Source: Bacilli bacterium
GTDB lineage: Bacteria > Bacillota_I > Bacilli_A > RF39 > UBA660
DNA: 64,000 bases
Direction: 5' to 3'
Assembly: GCA_017411405.1 (NCBI GenBank)
Contig: JAFQQE010000015.1
Coordinates: forward strand, 25,204-89,203
Every line of letters begins with the position of its first letter. The first letter of the stretch is position 1. The translations under genes were made by a program, and so were the position numbers. Shown piece by piece: positions 18,636-26,978 of this stretch. The notes under the pieces are model-generated. The model saw nothing but the letters and a program-made list of their open reading frames with translations, was not told where the DNA came from and ran no database searches.

Positions 18636-19418
18636 ATGAAAATGTTAAGTGTAATAAATAATGATGAGATAAGAAACGAATTAAAAAAATTTGGAGAAAA
18701 AAATCAAATAAGTGAAGATGAAGTTATTTGTTCAATTGTTTATGAATTTGCAAGCAAACTTCCTTATTCAATGGATTACATGGATAAAGATTTTGTTCCA
18801 GGCATATTTTTGAATGTTTCACCAGTGAATCCTAGTAAATGGATTTTTAAAGATTATAGTAGTTTGTATTATAAGATGATTAATTGGGGCGATACAAAGA
18901 AAAGTGGTATTCTTCTTCAAATATGTAATATTTTTCAAGCTATGTTGATGGGACAATTTCCTAGTAATTATCAATTAACAGAAGAAGACTTTCATAATTT
19001 AGGTATTGATCAAATGACGAGTGATGATGAATATAATCGATTTTTATTTGAAACATTAGAAATGCTTCCTCAATATTGTTTGAAATTAAATTCAACTCAA
19101 AATTCATATGAAAGAAGAAAAATTTTAGATGATATATATTTGGTAATATTAGATAGAGTTGGTCAAAAGATTGGTGGTTTTAGAAGAACATCCGTGCATG
19201 GTGAAATAATTAGTGTTCAAGAACACAAGGCAACAATCCGTTTATTTCCCCACAGAGACTTAGATATGTTATATTATTTTGAAAGAATAGAATTTGGTTT
19301 TGGTGTTAGAAATTTAGTTGATAATATAAATAAAAAAATTGCTTTGGGAGTAAATCAAAGTAATGAAAATATGTATTTAGAATCTGAAAATGAAAATAAA
19401 GGACCAAAAAGGAAGTAA
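18636..19418 (+). CDS. hypothetical protein
   Basis: ORF 18618..19418 starts at a TTG; the first ATG is at 18636. No clear RBS and no motif recognised. A terminator follows it. Confidence 0.55.
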   Translation: MKMLSVINNDEIRNELKKFGEKNQISEDEVICSIVYEFASKLPYSMDYMDKDFVPGIFLNVSPVNPSKWIFKDYSSLYYKMINWGDTKKSGILLQICNIFQAMLMGQFPSNYQLTEEDFHNLGIDQMTSDDEYNRFLFETLEMLPQYCLKLNSTQNSYERRKILDDIYLVILDRVGQKIGGFRRTSVHGEIISVQEHKATIRLFPHRDLDMLYYFERIEFGFGVRNLVDNINKKIALGVNQSNENMYLESENENKGPKRK

Positions 19419-19426
19419 AAAAATAC

Positions 19427-19456
19427 CAGGCTATTGAATTAGCCTGTTTTATTTTT
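19427..19456 (+). terminator. rho-independent terminator
   Basis: CAGGCTA-ttgaat-TAGCCTG hairpin followed by TTTTATTTTT. Confidence 0.75.
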
Positions 19457-19525
19457 AAATTTTTACTAGATATTATTAAAATTATGCGGTATTGTTTGTG
19501 TGAAGTTAGTTATTAACTTCGGGAG

Positions 19526-19867
19526 GTGAACGATATTTGTAAGATTTCAGTAGAAATAATGATATTCAACAATGACACTAAAGAAGAATTGAATAAGATA
19601 GCTAAACATAATGGAATAAATGTTATATATTATGAGGGTTATATTGTTATGTTTGATAAGGTTAATATACATGCAATCACACCACATATGTTAGTTTTTT
19701 GTAAAAATGGAAATTATTTAGTAGTATTACATTATGATGAATATCATGAAGATGATGTCTTATTCTTCGTAGATGGAAAAAAGTATACATTGCTCACAAT
19801 AAAAAAATATATTAGAAATTATTTTAAAAATAATTCTAATATAAATGGTAAAATAAACAACAAATAA
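19526..19867 (+). CDS. hypothetical protein
   Basis: 113-aa ORF. The start is uncertain because the GTG at 19526 is embedded in a GGGAGGTG Shine-Dalgarno-like sequence. No motif recognised. Confidence 0.45.
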   Translation: MNDICKISVEIMIFNNDTKEELNKIAKHNGINVIYYEGYIVMFDKVNIHAITPHMLVFCKNGNYLVVLHYDEYHEDDVLFFVDGKKYTLLTIKKYIRNYFKNNSNINGKINNK

Positions 19868-19943
19868 AATACAATTGATTAGCAACGAGTGGGATTTGGG
19901 CATAAAAAAATTGATACAATTAAGCATCAATTAATCAACAATT

Positions 19944-20018
19944 TGGAGCAAGTGAGCGGAATCGAACCGCCGTCTCAGCCTTGGCAAGGCCGCATACTAA
20001 CCGCTGTACTACACCTGC
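19944..20018 (-). tRNA. tRNA-Gly (anticodon GCC), CCA encoded
   Basis: Reverse complement is GCAGGTG TA GTAC AGCGGTTA GTAT G CGGCC TTGCCAA GGCTG AGAC GGCGG TTCGATT CCGCT CACTTGC TCCA. This folds as a 75-nt cloverleaf with GCC in the anticodon loop. Confidence 0.93.
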
Positions 20019-20028
20019 ATGTAAAATT

Positions 20029-20057
20029 AATATATCAAAATTATAATAATTTTGCAA
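20029..20057 (-). promoter_or_regulatory. sigma-A-type promoter for tRNA-Gly
   Basis: On the minus strand: TTGCAA, 17 nt, TATATT. The -10 element ends about 10 nt before the mature tRNA 5' end. Confidence 0.5.
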
Positions 20058-20087
20058 TATTAAAATAACAATTTTATAAAATAAATA

Positions 20088-20954
20088 TCATTCTTCATAT
20101 GGATTTACATGTATTATAGTTAAATATATATCATCTATTCTATTATTTATTTCATTTTCTAATCTATCTGCTATTTCATGACTTTCTAAAGTAGATAAAT
20201 TACCATCTACAAATATAGTAAAAGTTATCTTATACTTATAACCTATTGGTGTAGAAATAAAATGTTGTACTCCTTTAATTTCCTTATGTTCAAAAATAAT
20301 TTTATATACTTCATCTTTAGTACTATCAGAAAAAGATTTATCCATCAAAACATCGTAACTCTCTTTAAATATTTTAACATATGAAATTATTATCCAAATA
20401 GAAATTAAAGTCCCTATTACACCATCTAAAAAATAAATATTAATTCTAGTAAATAATATAGAAACTAAACTTAATGAAGTAACTAAACAATCATTTATAT
20501 GATCTCTACTATTAGCTTTTAATAATAGATTTTTTTGTTCTTTAGATAACTTATTAGTATAAATATATAAAGAAAATTTTACTATTATAGTTACTATACA
20601 AACAATAATTAACCATATAGAGAAAATATATTTTTCATTTTCAAATATAGATATTACACTATTTTTTAACACTGATAAAGATAAAAAAATCATAATTATA
20701 CTCATTATAAGGGAATAAACATATTCAGCTTTTCCATGTCCCAAATTATGATCATCATCAGCTTGTTTACTAGCTATCTTATTTCCAATAAAAGTTATAA
20801 TAGAAGAAACAATATCTCCCCCACTATTAAAAGCATCAGCCAACATTGCACTACTATTAGTTAGTAATCCTATTATACTTTTAATAATAAATAAGAATAA
20901 ATTACCAATTATTCCCATTATACTTGCAATTTTAACTTTCTTAAATCTATCCAT
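20088..20954 (-). CDS. cation diffusion facilitator (CDF) family transporter
   Basis: 288 aa. TM domain with ADAFNSGGD and HGKAEY motifs, plus a C-terminal cytoplasmic CDF dimerisation-type domain. Confidence 0.85.
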   Translation of the reverse strand: MDRFKKVKIASIMGIIGNLFLFIIKSIIGLLTNSSAMLADAFNSGGDIVSSIITFIGNKIASKQADDDHNLGHGKAEYVYSLIMSIIMIFLSLSVLKNSVISIFENEKYIFSIWLIIVCIVTIIVKFSLYIYTNKLSKEQKNLLLKANSRDHINDCLVTSLSLVSILFTRINIYFLDGVIGTLISIWIIISYVKIFKESYDVLMDKSFSDSTKDEVYKIIFEHKEIKGVQHFISTPIGYKYKITFTIFVDGNLSTLESHEIADRLENEINNRIDDIYLTIIHVNPYEE

Positions 20955-21115
20955 TTAAACACTTCTTTTCATTTACTTATTTTTATATTTTAAATATTCT
21001 TCTATCGCAAATTTTTCAAATTTAATATTAAATAAATTAGCAACAAATATTGCATCTTTAATTCCAATATATTACCACCAATATATTTTATGCGTAAAAA
21101 AAATATAAGTTATTT

Positions 21116-21429
21116 TATATTTTTTAGCTTATTTAAAATTTTATCAAATATAGGTTTAATAAAATCTACTAATTGTTCTTCATGTAATTTAGTTATATTT
21201 ACCCACTTCACACCTTTACTTTCATCTTTTCTATAAGTTAAAGGTAATTTTTCATCTGCTAGAAATAAATATATTATATCATAATGTACATGACTAGAAA
21301 CATATTTTTTTCCTTTATATGCCCATTAATAGGTAAAACTTGTATACTAAATATATCTTTATCTACTATTTCTTGCTCATTATATGGTTCATATTTACCT
21401 ATTAAATTTCTTATATCTATATTATCCCC
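21116..21429 (-). pseudogene. decayed Nudix-family hydrolase fragment (C-terminal part only, frameshifted)
   Basis: No ATG/GTG/TTG start. Frame A reads GDNIDIRNLIGKYEPYNEQEIVDKDIFSIQVLPINGHIKEK up to an A7 run near 21305-21311. Frame B continues YVSSHVHYDIIYLFLADEKLPLTYRKDESKGVKWVNITKLHEEQLVDFIKPIFDKILNKLKI*. The pattern (..I.V.PI......H.HYDI.YLF) resembles the region downstream of the Nudix box in one Nudix subfamily. Confidence 0.45.
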
Positions 21430-22212
21430 TTATATCTTTTTAGTAATAAACCTACCAGCTAACTTATATTTATCTTTATTAATAATATATAAATAACCAA
21501 AAACACTATAAACAAAAGCACCAATAAAATTTACAAACAAATCATTCATAGTATCAATTAAACCAATATCTAAATACCCTTTTAACTCTATTTTTTCATC
21601 TAATCCATTATCTATAATAGTTTTATCAATATCATATATTTTAATGATCTTATTTTCATTATCACTTAAACTAACTGTATTTAATTTATATATATAAGTA
21701 TCTTTCTGCATATCAAAATTAAAATGTTTATCCATTCCATATTCAAAGAATTCCCATAAAACCCCTATTGTCATAGAAAAACAGAATGCTACCAAAGATA
21801 CAAATATTGGAGATAAATTAAAAGTACTAATATTTTTATTTAAAATATATACTAAAGAAAAACCAATACTTGCACATAAAAAACCATTTATAGTATGAAG
21901 TATATCATCAAAATGAGCATATAAACCATAAAAATTATTAATCTCACCTAATATTTCAGCTGAAAAAATAAATAAAAAAATAATAATTTCTAATACATTA
22001 GGTAAATCTATTTTAAATTTTTTTTCAACAAATGAAGGTAACAAAAATAGAATTAAAGATAATATACACAATAAAGCATTTTCTATATTACCTAACATTA
22101 ATTCTCTAATCATACAAAAAATAGTCATAAATCTTAATACTAAATATACTATTAAAGAAGATTTACTAGATCTTTTTATACCATATTTTACTCTTTTATA
22201 AAAATCTTTCAA
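21430..22212 (-). CDS. polytopic membrane protein, unknown function
   Basis: 260 aa with about 6 TM helices. Conserved-looking FDDILHTINGF and WEFFEYGMD segments. Family not confidently recognised. Confidence 0.6.
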   Translation of the reverse strand: MKDFYKRVKYGIKRSSKSSLIVYLVLRFMTIFCMIRELMLGNIENALLCILSLILFLLPSFVEKKFKIDLPNVLEIIIFLFIFSAEILGEINNFYGLYAHFDDILHTINGFLCASIGFSLVYILNKNISTFNLSPIFVSLVAFCFSMTIGVLWEFFEYGMDKHFNFDMQKDTYIYKLNTVSLSDNENKIIKIYDIDKTIIDNGLDEKIELKGYLDIGLIDTMNDLFVNFIGAFVYSVFGYLYIINKDKYKLAGRFITKKI

Positions 22213-22282
22213 TTTAACACCATCCTTATTAAATTATATCAATTAATACTATTTTTTTCCATATAATTAGTATAAAAGAACT

Positions 22283-22783
22283 TCATATTTTTTTACGAAG
22301 TTCTTTTGCTTTTAATAAAACTTTTTCATGTATATTAATCGCTTCATCTAAAATATACTTATCTAACAAAAACTTTTCACCAGATTTTATAGAATTAAGA
22401 TAAGCACTATTTTCTCTAGATATAATATCAAATAACTCTAGTTCACTATAATTTTTATATTTATTCCAAACATAATCTAATAAAATACTATAACTTTTAC
22501 CATTAGCTACTGATACTTCTTTTAAAGCATTTCTACCAAAAGTTAAAATATTTTTATTTTGATTACCAAATTTATTAAAAATACTATATAAAATTGGCCC
22601 TGACTTAGTTAAAGTAAATCTCTCAGAAAATAAACAACTATTATAATTAAATAAATAATCTCTATATAAAAAATATATTAAAAAATTTAATTTTAATGGA
22701 GTTAGTAATATATATTCTTCAAAAGATTTTTTTAGTATACTATTAGCAACTTGTATTGGTACTACCATAATTAATTTCTCCAT
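22283..22783 (-). CDS. Panacea / DUF4065 (SocA-like) domain protein, putative antitoxin
   Basis: 166 aa. LTPLKLNFLIYFLYRDYLFNYNSCLFSERFTLTKSGPILYSIFNKFG fits the DUF4065 core (..KLqKLlYf......l.....lf.e.feAw.yGPv...vy..f). Its start overlaps the upstream stop by 1 nt (TAATG). Confidence 0.6.
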   Translation of the reverse strand: MEKLIMVVPIQVANSILKKSFEEYILLTPLKLNFLIYFLYRDYLFNYNSCLFSERFTLTKSGPILYSIFNKFGNQNKNILTFGRNALKEVSVANGKSYSILLDYVWNKYKNYSELELFDIISRENSAYLNSIKSGEKFLLDKYILDEAINIHEKVLLKAKELRKKI

Positions 22784-23157
22784 TATACATGAGGTAAATT
22801 AGGATAATTAGGTTCTATTGAAAGTTCTCCAAAGTTGATAAAAATAAAAACAATTAATAATATAAAAAGTATCATTATTATTAAACTGAAAATCATTCCT
22901 CCAAGACTTAATCCAAAACCTATACCTAATTTACTACTTTCTTTTTTATACTTTTTAGCATATATAATACTAATAATTCCAGGTACAAAACATAATATAT
23001 TGAAAAAAAATGATGATATTAAACATATTATACCTAATACTAAACTAGTTTCTTTATTCCCACTACTTTTAACTGCACTTTCATATAACTTATTTCCACA
23101 ATTAAAACAATACATGCTTTCTTTGTTATTTTTTTGTCCACAATTATAACAATACAT
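22783..23157 (-). CDS. zinc-ribbon + DUF4190-like small membrane protein
   Basis: AAGAGGTG RBS precedes the ATG at 23157 (MYCYNCGQ...CFNCGNKL zinc ribbon). The C-terminal half has 2-3 TM helices. The ORF-track start at 23205 is less likely. Confidence 0.65.
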   Translation of the reverse strand: MYCYNCGQKNNKESMYCFNCGNKLYESAVKSSGNKETSLVLGIICLISSFFFNILCFVPGIISIIYAKKYKKESSKLGIGFGLSLGGMIFSLIIMILFILLIVFIFINFGELSIEPNYPNLPHV

Positions 23158-23240
23158 AATTACACCTCTTAACATAATTATATTGTCTTTTATTAAAGAT
23201 AACAATCTATATTTATAAACTTTACAAAAAAAGAGACAAA

Positions 23241-25613
23241 TTATTTATCTCTTAATACAGCATTAAATTTATTTTCAACGCCTCTGATTATATTGTTAAA
23301 AATAACCATAACTTCATCTTCAGTTAATGTTTTATTATTATCTCTAAAAGTTAAATTATAAGCTAAAGATTTTTTATTTTTATCTATTTTATCTCCAGTA
23401 TATATATCAAACACTAATACATCAACAAGTAATTTACCACCATTTTTCTTAATTACTTTAACTATTTCTTCATTTGTAATATCTTTGTCAATAATAAATG
23501 CTACATCTTTAACAATACTTGGATACTTAGGAATATCTTTATAAGTCATCTTTGTAGGATATAAATTTAGTAATTTATCTAAATTAATTTCAAATACAAA
23601 TATGTCTTTTTTAGAAACGTTAGGATGTAATTTACCAATAATACCTAGTTTTTCCCCTTGAACGATTATATTTGCACTTTGTCCTGGATGAAATTCATTT
23701 GGTAATAAAGAGTTTGCATCAAAACTATATCTACCAGTATATCCTAAATAATCTAATAATTCTTCAACTATACCTTTTATTACATAAAAATCAACAGAGG
23801 TATTTTTTATATCTAAATAATAATCTCCACTCATTAATATAGCAAGATGATTAGATTCTTTATATTCACCATTTTCTTTATAAAATGATTTACCAATTTC
23901 AAATATAGATATATCACTATTATTTCTAGCATTATTATAATCATAAATTTGTTTTAAAGATGATAGTAAACTATATCTCAAAGTATTTCTATCTTCACTC
24001 ATAGGATCAGCTAAACTAATACTTTCAAATTCATCTAAAGTATATTTATGTACATCTTCTATTGGTATTAAAGAATAAGATAGAGTTTCATTTAATCCTT
24101 TATCAACTAACCAATTTCTAATAACTCTTTTTATATTATTATTTTTAGTTAATTTTGATTCAAATACAGGTAATTTCCCTTCTATTTTATCCATACCATA
24201 AATTCTACCAACTTCTTCGATTAAGTCTTCAGTTATCTTAATATCTAATCTTCTTGAAGGTACAACTACAGTTAGATAATCATTATTATCAAATACTTTA
24301 AAACCTAATGCTTCAAAAATTTCTATAGTTTCTTCTTTTGTAACATTTACTCCTAAAACTTTATTAATTTTTTCCACTTTTATATCAATAGATTTATCTT
24401 CTTTTTTCTCATTATCATAAATAACCATACCACCAACTATAGTAGCATCAGCATATTTTTCTAATAAATTACAGCATCTATCTATAGCCATATAAGTTCT
24501 TTTAGGATCTAATCCTTTTTCAAATCTATTTGATGCTTCACTTCTCAATATTTTTTTAGAAGTTTTTCTTATTTTAATACTATTAAATATAGCTGATTCA
24601 ATTATTATTTCTTTAGTATTATCTTCTACTTCAGTAGATAAGCCACCCATAACTCCAGCTAATCCTACTGATTCTCTTTCATTTGATATTACAATATCTT
24701 CTATATTTAATGTTCTTAGAATACCATCTAATGTTGTTAATGTTTCTCCTTCATTTGCATTACGAACTATTAAAGTATTTCCTAAACTTAAAGAATCATA
24801 GAAATGTAAAGGTTGACCAGTTTCTAACATTACATAATTTGAAATATCCACAACATTATTAATAGGTCTTATACCACTTGCAATAAGTCTGGATTTTATA
24901 AAATCAGGACTTTCTTTAATAGTTATATTTTTAACTTTTTTTGCCAAAAACAAAGTACAATCTTCTGTTTGTATATCAATTTTAAATTCATTGTTAATAT
25001 CTTCATTGTTTTCAACATAACTTAAATCCATATCTTTTACATTTTTTCTATATATTGCTCCTAATTCGTAAGCCATTCCAAGAATACTCAATAAATCCCC
25101 ACGGTTACTAGTTAATTCAAAATCAATAACTTCATCATCTAATCCTAATAGTTTTATAGGATCACTACCTACTATTGCATCACTAGGTAATTCATGAATT
25201 CCTTCTTTATCTTTTGCTTCCAAAAATTTATTATCTATACCTAATTCAGCTTTAGAACACAACATACCATTAGAAACTTGACCTCTAATCATACCCTTTT
25301 TTATTTCTCCACCGGGAAGTTTTGCACCATCTAAAGCAACAATTACTTTTAAACCTTTACGAACATTTGGAGCTCCACAAACTATATCAAGTATTTCATC
25401 ACCAACATTAACTTTACAACAATGTAAATGATCACTATCTGGATGCATTTCACACTCAATAACTTCTCCAACTGTTAAGTTAGTACAATTAATTAATTTT
25501 TGAGCAGAATCATATTCATTACCAACACTTGTCATATCATCAGCAATTTGTTTTATACTTAAATCTTCTGGTAAATCAACATATTCACTGACAAATTTTC
25601 TACTTAATAACAT
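23241..25613 (-). CDS. pheT: phenylalanine--tRNA ligase beta subunit
   Basis: 790 aa. N-terminal tRNA-binding domain, B3/4, B5 and C-terminal anticodon-binding-like regions. Its start overlaps the pheS stop. Confidence 0.97.
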   Translation of the reverse strand: MLLSRKFVSEYVDLPEDLSIKQIADDMTSVGNEYDSAQKLINCTNLTVGEVIECEMHPDSDHLHCCKVNVGDEILDIVCGAPNVRKGLKVIVALDGAKLPGGEIKKGMIRGQVSNGMLCSKAELGIDNKFLEAKDKEGIHELPSDAIVGSDPIKLLGLDDEVIDFELTSNRGDLLSILGMAYELGAIYRKNVKDMDLSYVENNEDINNEFKIDIQTEDCTLFLAKKVKNITIKESPDFIKSRLIASGIRPINNVVDISNYVMLETGQPLHFYDSLSLGNTLIVRNANEGETLTTLDGILRTLNIEDIVISNERESVGLAGVMGGLSTEVEDNTKEIIIESAIFNSIKIRKTSKKILRSEASNRFEKGLDPKRTYMAIDRCCNLLEKYADATIVGGMVIYDNEKKEDKSIDIKVEKINKVLGVNVTKEETIEIFEALGFKVFDNNDYLTVVVPSRRLDIKITEDLIEEVGRIYGMDKIEGKLPVFESKLTKNNNIKRVIRNWLVDKGLNETLSYSLIPIEDVHKYTLDEFESISLADPMSEDRNTLRYSLLSSLKQIYDYNNARNNSDISIFEIGKSFYKENGEYKESNHLAILMSGDYYLDIKNTSVDFYVIKGIVEELLDYLGYTGRYSFDANSLLPNEFHPGQSANIIVQGEKLGIIGKLHPNVSKKDIFVFEINLDKLLNLYPTKMTYKDIPKYPSIVKDVAFIIDKDITNEEIVKVIKKNGGKLLVDVLVFDIYTGDKIDKNKKSLAYNLTFRDNNKTLTEDEVMVIFNNIIRGVENKFNAVLRDK

Positions 25614-26665
25614 TATTCATTATCCTTTCTATCAAATTGATTTAAAAATCTAATATCATTTCCATAAATAGTTCTTATATCAGGAATTCCATATTTAAAC
25701 ATAGCAAATCTATCCATACCTGTACCAAAAGCAAATCCTTGATATTTTTTACTATCATATCCACTCATTTCTAAAACATTAGGATGAACCATACCAGCAC
25801 CTAATACTTCTATCCATCCTGTTTGTTTACATAATGAACAACCTTTTCCACCACATTTAAAACAAGTAACATCAACTTCTACACTAGGTTCTGTAAATGG
25901 AAAGAAACTAGGTCTAAATCTTACTTGAGTCTTTTCACCCAATATTTTTTTACAAAACACTTCCAAAGTACCTTTTAAATCTGCCATAGAAACATTTTCA
26001 TCGATTACCAAACCTTCAATTTGCATAAATTGATGACTATGTGTAGCATCTTCATCTCTTCTATAAACTTTACCAGGACAAACTATTCTTAAAGGGCCTT
26101 TTTCTTTATTTTCTTCCATAGCACGAACTTGAGCAGTAGAAGTTTGACTTCTAATTAAAAATTTTTCATATTCATCTTTTAAATAAAACGTATCTTGAGC
26201 ATCTCTAGCTGGATGTCCTTTTGGTAAATTAAGTTTTTGAAAACAATTTTCATCACTTTCAATTTCTGGACCATCATATATTGTATATCCCATAGAAATA
26301 AATATATCTTCAAATTCTTCTTGAATTCTACTCATAGGATGTTTACTACCTCTTTTAACCTTTTTACCAGGTAAAGTAATATCAATTCTTTCACTTTCTA
26401 ATTTTTCATTAATCGCTTTTAATTCAAATTCACTATTTAATCTTTCATATTCTTCATTAAAGTACGTTTTAACTTCATTAACTTTCATACCAAATTCACG
26501 TTTCTCTTCATTTGGAACTTCTTTAATCAAACTATTAATTTGAGTTATTTTACCATTTTTACTTAAATATTCTTGTTTCAAAGATTCTAACTCAGTTTTA
26601 TCTTTAACACTTAAAAAAATATTTTTTACTTCATTTAATAACTCTTCTACTTTTTCATTATACAT
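25613..26665 (-). CDS. pheS: phenylalanine--tRNA ligase alpha subunit
   Basis: 350 aa with class II aaRS motifs (HPARD, FRPSFFPFTEPS, GFAFGTGMDR). Confidence 0.97.
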   Translation of the reverse strand: MYNEKVEELLNEVKNIFLSVKDKTELESLKQEYLSKNGKITQINSLIKEVPNEEKREFGMKVNEVKTYFNEEYERLNSEFELKAINEKLESERIDITLPGKKVKRGSKHPMSRIQEEFEDIFISMGYTIYDGPEIESDENCFQKLNLPKGHPARDAQDTFYLKDEYEKFLIRSQTSTAQVRAMEENKEKGPLRIVCPGKVYRRDEDATHSHQFMQIEGLVIDENVSMADLKGTLEVFCKKILGEKTQVRFRPSFFPFTEPSVEVDVTCFKCGGKGCSLCKQTGWIEVLGAGMVHPNVLEMSGYDSKKYQGFAFGTGMDRFAMFKYGIPDIRTIYGNDIRFLNQFDRKDNE

Positions 26666-26681
26666 ATAATATCCTCCTATA

Positions 26682-26905
26682 ATATAAAAACAGTGTCATC
26701 CTATATAAAGGACGAAACACTGTTAAATTCCGCGGTACCACCTTTGTTCTAGTTACCTAGCACTCTTATCTATAACGTAGATTATACGATTAACACTCCT
26801 ATGTTGAAATTTCTTTTATGTTATTCTTGTAATTGCTTTCAGCTAATAACAATCACTCTCTTTAAAGAACATTACATAAAATACTAGACATATTCATTGC
26901 ATTAC
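26682..26905 (-). promoter_or_regulatory. T-box leader (Phe, UUC specifier) with intrinsic terminator, controlling pheST
   Basis: Read on the minus strand. Promoter is TTGTAA-17-TAAAAT (26940..26912). AGAGAGTG lies at the Stem I base. A UUC followed by A lies in the specifier region (about 26806-26808). The T-box is AACAAAGGTGGTACCGCGG (26731-26749). The terminator is AACAGTGTTTCGTCC...GGATGACACTGTTTTTAT. Confidence 0.9.
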
Positions 26906-26978
26906 GCAACTATTTTAACATAAATTATTTTTTGTTACAAGTATTAATTAAAGAAAAAGCAATGATCGCTCATTACTT

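Larger units (their letters stand above)
12672..19943. mobile_element. tRNA-Gly-associated composite genomic island (three modules, no integrase seen; probably decayed)
   Basis: Bounded on the right by tRNA-Gly. It contains three same-orientation degenerate copies of the tRNA 3' half. Its genes are mostly on the plus strand, against the window-wide minus-strand bias. All are orphan or defence-type genes. Confidence 0.45.
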
